A DNA stretch of 63,495 bases, the filler included, from Gemmatimonadota bacterium (GTDB lineage Bacteria > 4572-55 > J002), in the NCBI GenBank assembly GCA_003697105.1. It is 4 parts of 4 records of this genome, joined end to end, with 100 filler letters (N's around TTAATTAATTAA, not from the genome) between each part and the next. Parts side by side here need not be neighbours in the genome. Positions count along the whole stretch, not along the records: positions 1 to 24,123 come from RFFQ01000080.1; 3 more parts are not named here. The stretch is one strand, 5' to 3'. The notes under the pieces are model-generated. The model had not been told where the DNA came from, did not search any database, and worked only from the letters and a program-made list of their open reading frames with translations. Position 1 is the stretch's first letter; every line of letters starts with the position of its first letter. Positions 11,461 to 20,867 of this stretch are shown in pieces. The position numbers and the translations under genes were made by a program.

Positions 11461-12263
11461 TTGGCAATACCTTGTCCGTGAGCATGGGGGCTACGGTGTC
11501 GTTCCACCGAATCGGTGATAAAATCCAAGAGAACGTTCAGCTCGGGGGAAGGGGGTAATTCGTTTTGAATGCGTTCTACCGCCTGCGTGGTATTCAAATC
11601 CGAGCGGTAAATCAAACGATAGGCTTTTTTTAAGGTACTCAGTACCTCATCAGAAAAGCCGCGCCGCTTGAGTCCGACTGTATTCAGCCCACTCATTTTG
11701 AGTGGTGAGCCGGCACAGCGAACATACGGCAATACATCCTGTGAAATGCGCGAGAATCCACCGACAAAGGCGTGGGCACCAATCGCCACAAATTGATGCA
11801 CTCCCGTCATTCCGCCAATAATAGCAAAATCATCGATCCGGACATGTCCTGCCAACCCAACGGAATTTGCAATAATCACATTATTTCCGATCACACAATC
11901 ATGGGCGACATGGGCATACGCCATTAGGAGAACTTGGTTCCCCACGGTGGTGGCATCCCCTTCATCAGTAGCCACATTCAGGGTGGCGTATTCCCGAATT
12001 GTCACCTGATCGCCGATCTTCAAAAAGCTGACCGTCCCGGGTTTGTGTTTCAAATCTTGAGGGGGTGTACCGATTACCGCCCCGTGATGGATATGGCAAT
12101 TTTTGCCAATGGTGGTGTGCCCATCGATCCGCACATGCGAATCAATTTGAGTGCCTGCACCAATTTGCACATATTCGGTGATGATGGAGAAGGGTCCGAT
12201 AGTCACAGTCTCATCAAGTTGTGCCTGCGGATGAACAATGGCAGTGGGGTGAATAGTTGCCAC
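11457..12263 (-). CDS. lpxA: UDP-N-acetylglucosamine O-acyltransferase
   Basis: IHPTAIV, hexapeptide repeats, PQDLK, HVAHDC, VHQF, GLKRRGF. Confidence 0.96.
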   Translation of the reverse strand: MATIHPTAIVHPQAQLDETVTIGPFSIITEYVQIGAGTQIDSHVRIDGHTTIGKNCHIHHGAVIGTPPQDLKHKPGTVSFLKIGDQVTIREYATLNVATDEGDATTVGNQVLLMAYAHVAHDCVIGNNVIIANSVGLAGHVRIDDFAIIGGMTGVHQFVAIGAHAFVGGFSRISQDVLPYVRCAGSPLKMSGLNTVGLKRRGFSDEVLSTLKKAYRLIYRSDLNTTQAVERIQNELPPSPELNVLLDFITDSVERHRSPHAHGQGIAK

Positions 12264-12345
12264 AACTTCTCTCCTTTTATTATTTATGGGAAGTGGTTTT
12301 TTCAGTTTTGGTTTTCTATGATGGTGATCTCCGTACCGTTTACGG

Positions 12346-13644
12346 TTAATTTCGATCCATAACCATCGAGCTTAGGGTGGCTTCGGCGACCAAGGCATCT
12401 TCAACATACGCTTTGGCTTCCATTACACAGACCCGCCGGCGCAGTTTGACCAGTTCCAGTTCTAGCCGGAGTTGATCGCCGGGCACGACCGGCTTGCGAA
12501 ATTTAACATTATCAAACTTGGTAAAGTAAACCAGATGTTTTTCGGGTTCAGGGAAACGGTTCAGGAACAGCACACCCCCGGCTTGACCCATTGCCTCAAT
12601 GATCAGGACACCGGGCATCACCGGTTGGCCGGGGAAATGCCCGTTAAAAAAGGGTTCATTAATGGTTACATTTTTAATGCCAACTACCCGATCCGTACTC
12701 ATTTCTACAATGCGATCTACCAGTAAAAACGGGTAGCGGTGCGGCATGATCTTTTCAATTTGGCGGATATCCATCACCGGTTGCCGGGTTTGTTCTTCTA
12801 GGGCTTTTTTTAGTACTTCCGTAAAGCGTGTATGGTTTGCGTGCCCACTCCGGGTTGCAATGACGTGCGCTTTCAGGGGGTTGCCCAGCAGAGTTAAATC
12901 GCCCACTAAATCCAGAATTTTGTGCCGTACAAACGAGTTATTTTCGTAGGGGAGGTCATCTTCATTCACTACGGAATCATCTCCAATAACGATAGCATTA
13001 CTTAATGACCCTCCTTTGATCAAGCCCATCTGTTTGAGTGGTTCAATATCCCGCATTAGGGCAAAAGTTTTGGATTTCATGATTTCGTTGATGAAATTTT
13101 CGGGGGTGATTTCGTAAGAGGCGAATTCGGTGCCGATCACCGGGTGATCATATTGGATGGTAAAGCTGATACGAAATCCATCGTGAGGCAAGGCGGTGAT
13201 TTGAACGCCATCCCCGTCCTGCAAATGGACGGGTTCTTTAAGGACATAATACTTGCGGGGGGCGTCCTGTTCAACAATTCCGGCTTTCTGAAAGCTTTGG
13301 ACGAACGGGTAGGAACTCCCATCGAGTTCTGGGGGTTCAAAACTATCCAATTCGACCAACAAATTATCAATACCTAGCGCCCGGGCGGCAGCGAGCAAGT
13401 GCTCTACGGTTTCCACTTCCGCGCCATCTTTGCGTAAAGTAGTACGGCGTGATACATCTTTGGGTTGAACTACATAATCAATTAATGCCGGAATTTCGAT
13501 CCGCTCCGGTAAATCAAGGCGAACAAATCGAATTCCAAAGTTGGGGGGGGCGGGTTTGAAGGTCACTTTGACCTCTTGACCAAAATGCAGACTAATGCCG
13601 CTATTGGATACCTCACGCCCGATGGTACATTGTTTTTCTCCCAT
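12346..13644 (-). CDS. lpxC: Bifunctional LpxC deacetylase / FabZ dehydratase
   Basis: TVEHLLAA, HKILDLVGDL (LpxC); PHRYPFLLVD, FFNGHFPGQPVMPGVLIIEAMGQ (FabZ). Confidence 0.96.
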   Translation of the reverse strand: MGEKQCTIGREVSNSGISLHFGQEVKVTFKPAPPNFGIRFVRLDLPERIEIPALIDYVVQPKDVSRRTTLRKDGAEVETVEHLLAAARALGIDNLLVELDSFEPPELDGSSYPFVQSFQKAGIVEQDAPRKYYVLKEPVHLQDGDGVQITALPHDGFRISFTIQYDHPVIGTEFASYEITPENFINEIMKSKTFALMRDIEPLKQMGLIKGGSLSNAIVIGDDSVVNEDDLPYENNSFVRHKILDLVGDLTLLGNPLKAHVIATRSGHANHTRFTEVLKKALEEQTRQPVMDIRQIEKIMPHRYPFLLVDRIVEMSTDRVVGIKNVTINEPFFNGHFPGQPVMPGVLIIEAMGQAGGVLFLNRFPEPEKHLVYFTKFDNVKFRKPVVPGDQLRLELELVKLRRRVCVMEAKAYVEDALVAEATLSSMVMDRN

Positions 13645-13691
13645 TGATTGTCTTTCTCCCTAAAAGTGAAAAGTCTCCTTTATAACACAAA

Positions 13692-13721
13692 AGATTCCAT
13701 CTCGCGGTGGAGATGGAATCT
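13692..13721 (-). terminator. Hairpin terminator downstream of skp
   Basis: AGATTCCATCTC / GAGATGGAATCT 12-bp perfect stem, followed by TTTGTGTT on the minus strand. Confidence 0.7.
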
Positions 13722-13750
13722 AATGTAATTAAAATAAATCCGACTGTCAA
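13722..13750 (-). promoter_or_regulatory. Sigma70-type promoter for lpxC
   Basis: TTGACA-17 nt-TACATT on the minus strand. Confidence 0.6.
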
Positions 13751-13772
13751 ACGTTATCGTGACCGGAGGGTA

Positions 13773-14414
13773 TTACGGCTTACCCGGATCGTTAAATTGG
13801 GTATCATCTTTAATTGGAAAATCATCTTTACGTTGGGGTTGGTCATCTTTAGGTTGATCTGGTTGTTGGGGGAGTTGACCAGCATCTTGAATAGCACTTT
13901 TATTCAAAAATTCTATTACTTGCGCCGTCAGATCAATTCCCGGAATGGCATAGACGATACCACTTTCCGAAATATCTAAAATCAAGGTATAATTTTGTTC
14001 CGCTCCGATTTGCTCCACCGCGTGGACAATCTTTTCCACCAAGGGGTTGGTGAATTCCACATTGCGCTGGTAGGCTTGTCCTTGCGGTCCCCAAATGTCT
14101 TCAATAAATTCTTGCAGTTCTTGCTCTTTTTGATCAATTTCCAGTTGTTTTTCCGCTTTACGCTCCTCACTCCACATAATAGCGGACTCCAACTCCTTTT
14201 TCATTTTCTCGATTTCTTTTTCGAGAGCCTTTGCTTGCTTTTCCCAATCAGCAAGTAACTGATTATACTGCTCCTCTGCGGTACGCCGCTCTTGCAGATT
14301 TTGCAAAATTTCCACCGAATTGATGTAACCAATTTTGACTTCCGCCCAAGCAAACGAACCCAGACCCAGAACAACAAGTAGGGTCACGCTCCAGATAAAA
14401 TGAAATTTATGCAT
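13773..14414 (-). CDS. skp: OmpH/Skp periplasmic chaperone
   Basis: Signal peptide, KIGYINS, coiled coil, YTLILD...IDLT; directly downstream of bamA. Confidence 0.9.
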   Translation of the reverse strand: MHKFHFIWSVTLLVVLGLGSFAWAEVKIGYINSVEILQNLQERRTAEEQYNQLLADWEKQAKALEKEIEKMKKELESAIMWSEERKAEKQLEIDQKEQELQEFIEDIWGPQGQAYQRNVEFTNPLVEKIVHAVEQIGAEQNYTLILDISESGIVYAIPGIDLTAQVIEFLNKSAIQDAGQLPQQPDQPKDDQPQRKDDFPIKDDTQFNDPGKP

Positions 14415-14436
14415 GATTATGTGTTCCTCTCTCTGT

Positions 14437-14550
14437 TTAGGGATTAGGGACTAGGATTTAGGGATTAGGGATCAGGGGTTAGGGGTTAGGGGCTAGGAAT
14501 TAGGGATCAATACAACTCCTAATCCCTGAACTCTAAATCCTAATCCCTAA
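14437..14550. repeat. Telomere-like heptamer array: 10 x (T/C)TAGGG(A/G)-like units, 9-nt spacer, 5 inverted copies
   Basis: ttaggga ttaggga ctaggat ttaggga ttaggga tcagggg ttagggg ttagggg ctaggaa ttaggga tcaatacaa ctcctaa tccctga actctaa atcctaa tccctaa. Confidence 0.92.
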
Positions 14551-16853
14551 AATGCCGTTCCAAAGATAAAGTGAGGTTCCCATTTTCCTCCAGATTGGTA
14601 GCGAATACCGTCCCAGTAATCATCTAATCCATAGGCGTAATCAAATCCAAGGGGTCCCATTGGAGTGATGATCCGAATCCCGAACCCGAGAGATCGTTTC
14701 AGCGTTCCGAAATCTACATCCACCAAATCATTCCAGGTGTAGCCCGCTTCGGCAAAGCCAACCAGATACAATTGGCTGGGAGCAACGGTGTAACGGGTTT
14801 CAGCACTGAAAATGCTCATAACTCGGCCTCCTTCCCGATATTCGTTGCCTTCGGGTACTAGCGAATAGTCGGGGTAGCCCCTTAGGCGATTACCGAGTAC
14901 GCCGCCTAGCTCAAAACGCTCATATACCGGTACTTCATCCGCACTTTTCAAGCCATTGATATAGCCGAACTTACCGTCAATTCCGAGAGACCATTTCCAC
15001 GGGAGTTCTGAATACCAACCGGTATTGAACAGATATTTTTGATATTTCACATCACCACCCAATGGTCCTCCAGCGTACTCTGCTGTAAGCGAGGTGCGGG
15101 ATCCACGTGAGGGTTGGTATGTATCATTCCGGCTGTCGCGGGATAAGGTGAGGCGGAAACTGTTACTCCGGCGTTTGCCTTCATAGTCAAATAGGTTTGT
15201 ACCGGTTTCCGGTGGGGTATAACCTTCTTCGACATCAATTTCCACATCTTCTAACCGGAATTGCCCGTAAATTGAGCTATAATCCAGCCACGGAAAGGGT
15301 CGTCCCGCGCGTAAGGCAAAACCGGTCGTGATTCGGTCATAATCTCCGTAATCGCGTAAGGTACGGAAAATATCGAATCCGGCAGAGGTGGGTGTATCCC
15401 ACAACCATGGTTCGGTAAAGCCAAATTCAACGTCCTGCCGGGTGCGTCCGAACTGCCAACGCAGGTTCAGCCGCTGGGAACGTCCAAATAAATTATTTTC
15501 AGCCAGTTCTAAGAAGCCGGTCACCCGATCTTGTGAGCTATAACCGGCACCGGCACTGATCGTTCCGGTACGCTTTTCTGCCACTCCAAAAAAGAGATCG
15601 ACCTCGCTTTCGCCCCCGCCCGGTCCAACAGTATTGACCGGTTGTAAATCAAATTGAAACTGAGTCTCATCAAAAAAGTTCAAGTATAAAATATCCCGTT
15701 GGCTGCGGATCACCTTTGACCGGTCGAAAATTTCACCGGGTAAGATGTTGATCTCCCGGCGTATCACTTTTTCGTACGTTTTGGTATTACCAGTAATAAC
15801 CACATTACGGACGCGTGCCGGTTCACCTTCATCAATGCGATAGGTCACGTGGATCACCCGACCTTCTACACGCTCATCTGGGATGATACTGGCAAAAATA
15901 TGTCCTTTATCGCTGTAAATTTCGTAATATTTTTGGATCGTCTCTTCAAACCGTTTTTGGTCAAAAATCTCACCGGTTTTATACTGGGTCACCATTTGCA
16001 GTTGGGATTTCGTGAACAGCTCGTTTCCATCCCAATCCACTTCACCAAAATAGAACCGCTCGCCTTCTTCCACGGTCACGGTGATCGTCATGTGGGCTAA
16101 GTCTTCATCATAGCCGATGGTATGCCCCACGACACGGGCGTTGATGTAACCCATCCGCCGGTAAAAATCGACGAGCCGTTCAAGATCGCTTTCTAACTGT
16201 GTTTCGTCCAGATAATGGGATTGGTACCAGCGCGTTTCTTTTGTGTCTTCAAATTGTTTGCGTAATTTTTTATCACTAAACGCGAGATTTCCTTCAAACT
16301 GGATCGTTTCGATCTTTACTTTTTTACCTTCGGTAATGTTGATTGTCAGCGGGGTACGCCCCTGTTCATCGGGCTCACCCATCTCATAATCGACTTTAGC
16401 GAGGAGATAGCCTTTTTCTTTGTACAATTCGAGGATGTTTCGGCGGCTGTTGTGGAGTTCCAGTGGGCTGAGGGGTTGTCCTTTGAGCAAGGTAAATTTA
16501 CTGTAGATGTCGCCATTGCCTATCTTTTTGTTGCCTTTTAATGTCACATCCCCCAATAACGGATGTTCTTCTACGGTAATAGTAAGGTGTACGCCATCTA
16601 AATCCAGTTCTTGATCGACTTGAATATCGTTAAACTGTCCGCGTTCATAGAGTTTGCGGATTGCGTCCTGTATCGCTTCGAGTCGAAATTCCTCTCCAAC
16701 TTTCAATCCTGAAATTGTGAGGATATACAGTTCATCCACGTTTGTATTCCCCTTGACTTCCAGCGAAGCGATAGGGTCCGCTAGCGTGCGGTTGAGCCCT
16801 CCCAGTATAAGAGTTGCCACAAACGTGACCATGAGAAGTTGCCAATATTTCAT
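14547..16853 (-). CDS. bamA: Outer membrane protein assembly factor BamA
   Basis: POTRA repeats, GNTKTYEKVIRRE, NLFGRSQ, FTEPW, LRGY loop, C-terminal FIFGTAF. Confidence 0.96.
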   Translation of the reverse strand: MKYWQLLMVTFVATLILGGLNRTLADPIASLEVKGNTNVDELYILTISGLKVGEEFRLEAIQDAIRKLYERGQFNDIQVDQELDLDGVHLTITVEEHPLLGDVTLKGNKKIGNGDIYSKFTLLKGQPLSPLELHNSRRNILELYKEKGYLLAKVDYEMGEPDEQGRTPLTINITEGKKVKIETIQFEGNLAFSDKKLRKQFEDTKETRWYQSHYLDETQLESDLERLVDFYRRMGYINARVVGHTIGYDEDLAHMTITVTVEEGERFYFGEVDWDGNELFTKSQLQMVTQYKTGEIFDQKRFEETIQKYYEIYSDKGHIFASIIPDERVEGRVIHVTYRIDEGEPARVRNVVITGNTKTYEKVIRREINILPGEIFDRSKVIRSQRDILYLNFFDETQFQFDLQPVNTVGPGGGESEVDLFFGVAEKRTGTISAGAGYSSQDRVTGFLELAENNLFGRSQRLNLRWQFGRTRQDVEFGFTEPWLWDTPTSAGFDIFRTLRDYGDYDRITTGFALRAGRPFPWLDYSSIYGQFRLEDVEIDVEEGYTPPETGTNLFDYEGKRRSNSFRLTLSRDSRNDTYQPSRGSRTSLTAEYAGGPLGGDVKYQKYLFNTGWYSELPWKWSLGIDGKFGYINGLKSADEVPVYERFELGGVLGNRLRGYPDYSLVPEGNEYREGGRVMSIFSAETRYTVAPSQLYLVGFAEAGYTWNDLVDVDFGTLKRSLGFGIRIITPMGPLGFDYAYGLDDYWDGIRYQSGGKWEPHFIFGTAF

Positions 16854-16917
16854 TGAGGTTTAATCAGTCCTTAAATAATCAAAACGCTAGAAATAATGCG
16901 GGTTAAAAGACCCCCTG

Positions 16918-16946
16918 AGTATAGGTGTGGGGGGATCGAATGTCAA
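16918..16946 (-). promoter_or_regulatory. Sigma70-type promoter for bamA
   Basis: TTGACA-17 nt-TATACT on the minus strand. Confidence 0.75.
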
Positions 16947-17002
16947 GGTTTTTTGATTTTCAACCGCAGGTCTCCGTGAGAATGCACAGAAAATGCCGTA
17001 TT

Positions 17003-17818
17003 TCAGGAGGCATCAAACAGTTGTTCGGCACGCTTTGCCGCCATCATAATCGCCTTGATTAGGGTGACGCGCAATTTACCTTCTTCTAGTTCCAACAAAC
17101 CGTCAATGGTGACGCCGGCGGGTGTTGTAACGCTATCTTTTAGTTTTGCTGGATGTTCGTTGGTTTCAAGCACCATTCCGGCGGCGCCAAGAACTGTCTG
17201 TGCCGCCAATAATGTGGCGAGGTCTCGGGAAAAACCAACCTTTACCCCCGCTTCTGCGAGAGATTCAATCACCACATAAATATAAGCGGGACCACTGGCA
17301 CTAAGACCGGTTGCCGCATTCATCATGCTTTCCTCAATCCAAGCTGTACGCCCGATAGTATTGAAAATACGTTCGGCGATTTCGTGCTGTTCGGTGGTGG
17401 CATATAACCCGTTGCAGAGGACGGTCATCCCCATGCTGATGAATGCTGGCGTGTTGGGCATGGCACGTATTACCGGTACGGAGACCTGTAAGGTCTCTTC
17501 GATGAAATATGTCGGTACTCCGGTAACGACTGATATTAAGAGGTGGTTTTCGGTAACATGCGGTTGAATCTCTTTCAATACTGTTGTCATGTGGTGGGGT
17601 TTGACCCCGAGTAGGACAATGTCGCTTTGTTGGACAACTGCTAAGTTATCCAGGGTCGTTTTGATGTGTAATCGTTGGTGTACCGCACGGGCGGTATGTT
17701 CGTGCGCGGTACTCGCTATAACGTTCTCTTTACGGAAGGTACGATTTTTTAGCAATCCACCGATCAAGGCTTCGCCGATTTTACCGGCACCAATCACACC
17801 TAGTTTGAGACGTTCCAT
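17003..17818 (-). CDS. proC: Pyrroline-5-carboxylate reductase
   Basis: GVIGAGKIG, VKP, RAMPNTP, GLSASGPAY, VTTPAGVT. Confidence 0.93.
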   Translation of the reverse strand: MERLKLGVIGAGKIGEALIGGLLKNRTFRKENVIASTAHEHTARAVHQRLHIKTTLDNLAVVQQSDIVLLGVKPHHMTTVLKEIQPHVTENHLLISVVTGVPTYFIEETLQVSVPVIRAMPNTPAFISMGMTVLCNGLYATTEQHEIAERIFNTIGRTAWIEESMMNAATGLSASGPAYIYVVIESLAEAGVKVGFSRDLATLLAAQTVLGAAGMVLETNEHPAKLKDSVTTPAGVTIDGLLELEEGKLRVTLIKAIMMAAKRAEQLFDAS

Positions 17819-18033
17819 GATGTGCCCCCTTAATATTGACGTAGGACGTAAAATGAAAACGACCGAAAGAACTCCGGTCGTCAAAGTGGCTTAAGTTTAA
17901 TGTGTTGTCACGGAATTGTCAATAATTCTTATCGGCACGTCAAGCAAAAAACTCTTGACTTTTTCAACCTCAATTTCTATTTGTTGGGCGCTGAATTCGC
18001 TTGACTTTATGACTTTTGAAGAGGACAAAGGGT

Positions 18034-19023
18034 ATGGATACCGGACTCACCGTAATTAATGAGAAAATTCGGAAAGAAAGTGTCTTTATTGAAGAATTGA
18101 CCACAGAGATCAACAAGGTTATGGTAGGTCAATCCTACATGATTGACCGGCTGTTGATTGGGTTGCTCGCCAATGGGCATGTTCTACTGGAAGGGGTTCC
18201 CGGGCTGGCAAAAACGACGGTCGTGAAGACGATGGCAGATGCGATCCAACTGAAATTCCAACGGATTCAGTTTACCCCAGATTTGCTGCCCGCCGATTTA
18301 ATCGGAACGATGATTTTCCGACCGAATGACGGTACTTTTGAGGTCAAAAAAGGACCCCTCTTTGCCAATTTGATTCTTGCTGATGAAATCAATCGTGCGC
18401 CGGCGAAAGTGCAAAGCGCCTTGTTGGAAGCCATGCAAGAACGCCAGGTGACCATCGGTGATAATACATACCGGCTCGATGAACCGTTTTTGGTGCTGGC
18501 AACTCAAAATCCCATTGAACAAGAAGGTACATATCCCTTGCCCGAAGCGCAGGTTGACCGGTTTATGCTGAAATTAAAAGTCACATACCCAACTAAGATG
18601 GAAGAGCGGCAAATTTTGGATCGGATTGCTACCGGTCGGCCGATTCCGGTTAAACCGATTATTAGTCCGGAGAAGATTATCAATGCGCGGGCGTTGGTAC
18701 ACGAGGTTTACATCGATGATAAAATTAAGGATTACATTGTAGATATTGTCTTTGCCAGCCGCCAACCAGAGGCGTATAATCTACCAAGTTTGAAGGATTT
18801 AATCGCGTATGGAGGATCGCCTCGTGCAACAATCTTTCTAACAATTGGGGCACGGGCACATGCGTTTTTGCGGGGTCGAGGGTATGTTGTGCCAGACGAT
18901 GTGAAAGCGATTGCCCCTGATGTGTTGCGGCACCGGATCATCCCCACTTATGAGGCGGAAGCCGAGGAAATTACATCGGAAGATATTGTGCAACAAATTT
19001 TGGATCATGTGGAAGTACCGTAA
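18034..19023 (+). CDS. moxR: MoxR-family AAA+ ATPase (MoxR proper / Bat type)
   Basis: LLEGVPGLAKT, RIQFTPDLLPAD, LADEINRAPAKVQSALLEAMQE, ATQNPIEQEGTYPLPEAQ. Confidence 0.93.
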   Translation: MDTGLTVINEKIRKESVFIEELTTEINKVMVGQSYMIDRLLIGLLANGHVLLEGVPGLAKTTVVKTMADAIQLKFQRIQFTPDLLPADLIGTMIFRPNDGTFEVKKGPLFANLILADEINRAPAKVQSALLEAMQERQVTIGDNTYRLDEPFLVLATQNPIEQEGTYPLPEAQVDRFMLKLKVTYPTKMEERQILDRIATGRPIPVKPIISPEKIINARALVHEVYIDDKIKDYIVDIVFASRQPEAYNLPSLKDLIAYGGSPRATIFLTIGARAHAFLRGRGYVVPDDVKAIAPDVLRHRIIPTYEAEAEEITSEDIVQQILDHVEVP

Positions 19024-19049
19024 GCACTTGTCATGTCGCAATACGTCAG

Positions 19050-19094
19050 AAACATCAAAGCCTCTATCTTTTTCGGATAGAGGCTTTGATGTTT
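19050..19094. terminator. Long bidirectional hairpin between convergent genes
   Basis: AAACATCAAAGCCTCTATC / GATAGAGGCTTTGATGTTT perfect inverted repeat. Confidence 0.75.
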
Positions 19095-19117
19095 ATCGCT
19101 TGGTGTCGTTTCATGGA

Positions 19118-19792
19118 TTAGGGTGTTTCCTGATTAAACCAGAAATCAAAATCGGAGGCATGATCAAATGCGTGGGAGTTTAGTTGCCGCATTTTCAGAT
19201 CGACAACCAATGCTTTTTTTGCCATCATTTTATCAATCAAGGTTTCCGGCTGGTTGATGCCTTTTAACGCGGCGGGCATTTTTGAAGCTTGAATCACACT
19301 CATCCGGTGTAGGATATACGCCGCTAGGCGAGAGGGGATTTTTTCAAGTATTTCGGCGGCTTTTTGATCTTTCAGGACTTCGATCAGCGGTACGGATGCT
19401 TCCAGCGGCATCTCTTCTACCATCTCGGTAAGCAAGCGCTTTCCTTCTCCTTTATCACCTGTTTTCGCTAACTCGTTAATAATGTCAATTATCTTTTGAC
19501 GGTGGTTTCCATTCACGTTGGGATCGAAAAATTTAGGGATGGTTAGCCACATCCCCATGATGACGATTGGCTTGAACTTAAGATTCGCATTGTACCATTC
19601 AATGAAAATCAGGACTGTTGTTTTGATCTGGCAGGCAAGGAAAAAGTTGCACAAGTCCATGAATTTTTTTTCATAGCGATAATCAATCGCACCGGTAGCC
19701 AACGCTACTTTTTTCAGCGCAACGAGCCGATCCGCATGACCCGGTGTGATCAGTGCCCCGGGACGTAGTTTTAACTTTGGTTTTTTGAACAT
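19118..19792 (-). CDS. Hypothetical protein with MgtE-N/FliG-like helical repeat in its C-terminal half
   Basis: 224-aa ORF downstream of the Trx-TPR gene; EMPLEASVPLIEVLKDQKAAEILEKIPSRLAAYILHRM periodicity. Confidence 0.5.
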   Translation of the reverse strand: MFKKPKLKLRPGALITPGHADRLVALKKVALATGAIDYRYEKKFMDLCNFFLACQIKTTVLIFIEWYNANLKFKPIVIMGMWLTIPKFFDPNVNGNHRQKIIDIINELAKTGDKGEGKRLLTEMVEEMPLEASVPLIEVLKDQKAAEILEKIPSRLAAYILHRMSVIQASKMPAALKGINQPETLIDKMMAKKALVVDLKMRQLNSHAFDHASDFDFWFNQETP

Positions 19793-19807
19793 GGATTATG
19801 TCTGTTC

Positions 19808-20644
19808 TTATAATTTGACTAACATCTGCTTGGCTTTTTCGCTTAATGGACTGCTTGGATACTCATCTACCAACATTTGAAAGGACTTTTTCGCCATCTC
19901 GATATTCTGCATCATATAGAACGTCACTCCTGTGAAATAAAGAGCTTCCGGACGGCGTTCGTGCATGGTGTATTGTTCCGTAAATTGGCTGAAATAAGAT
20001 AACGCTTGCTGGTATTCTTTTGTCTGCCCGTGAATCATGCCTAATTCGAGTAAGACATCCGGTACATGGTTGCTTTGGTTGGCGGGGTCTTCATCAATCA
20101 CCACTTGATAGTACTTTTTGGCTTTATCCGCCTGACCGCTCATCAGATAAGTGCGACCCAAGGTATATGCCGATTGGACATCTTTCGGATTTTTGCGAAT
20201 TGCCGCTTTTGCCGCTTGGAGTTCATTATAGCGGCTCAATGATTTCTCCATGTCCGTTAAAAACGGTTTCGCCGGTTTATATCCCCGAACTTCACCAATG
20301 ACCAATCCTTCCTCATCCAAAAAGAGAACCGCCGGATAACCCGTGATGTTATATTTTTTTAGGATATTTCGATCAAAATTAACACCTTCCGCATTGACTT
20401 TGGCACAGACAAAATCATCTGCTAATGCTAACACTTCTACATTGCGATACGTCGTTTGGTCTAATCGCTTGCACCAACCACACCAATTGGTGTAGAAATC
20501 AATCATAATAGGGCGGTTTAAGGTCTCTGCGGCGATAAGGGCATCCTCATACGTATCGAGCCAAGCAATTTCAGCTTCCGCATGTCTGCCAGAACCGGTA
20601 AATAAGATGATCAAAACGAGACTGCTGGATACAAAATACTTCAT
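19808..20644 (-). CDS. Secreted thioredoxin-fold plus TPR protein
   Basis: Signal peptide, IDFYTNWCGWCK, GYPAVLFLD, C-terminal TPRs of YbgF/BamD style; SD GGAGG. Confidence 0.85.
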   Translation of the reverse strand: MKYFVSSSLVLIILFTGSGRHAEAEIAWLDTYEDALIAAETLNRPIMIDFYTNWCGWCKRLDQTTYRNVEVLALADDFVCAKVNAEGVNFDRNILKKYNITGYPAVLFLDEEGLVIGEVRGYKPAKPFLTDMEKSLSRYNELQAAKAAIRKNPKDVQSAYTLGRTYLMSGQADKAKKYYQVVIDEDPANQSNHVPDVLLELGMIHGQTKEYQQALSYFSQFTEQYTMHERRPEALYFTGVTFYMMQNIEMAKKSFQMLVDEYPSSPLSEKAKQMLVKL

Positions 20645-20677
20645 GAAATCCTCCAAAATGAAAAGTAAACTGGTTAA

Positions 20678-20706
20678 ATCGTAACACGATTTGCCATGAT
20701 TGTCAA
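20678..20706 (-). promoter_or_regulatory. Sigma70-type promoter with extended -10 for the Trx-TPR gene
   Basis: TTGACA-17 nt-TACGAT, with TGn before the -10. Confidence 0.65.
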
Positions 20707-20788
20707 GATCAAGTGTATCATATAAAAAGTTATATGTTTATATAGTATCCAAAAGGCGGCATGTCAACCGTCGTGTTACCATCGGCTC

Positions 20789-20817
20789 TTGACAAGCGCA
20801 TCAAAGCACTGTATGAT
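20789..20817 (+). promoter_or_regulatory. Sigma70-type promoter for kdsA-murB
   Basis: TTGACA-17 nt-TATGAT. Confidence 0.75.
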
Positions 20818-20867
20818 GGCGCCAATAGCACGATGTTATGTACTTCTGAATGGGGAGAAACGTTACG

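Noticed and set aside
14437-14506. Eukaryotic telomere contamination
   Set aside because: Units are degenerate 7-mers with an inverted arm that includes the bamA stop, embedded in a colinear bacterial operon.
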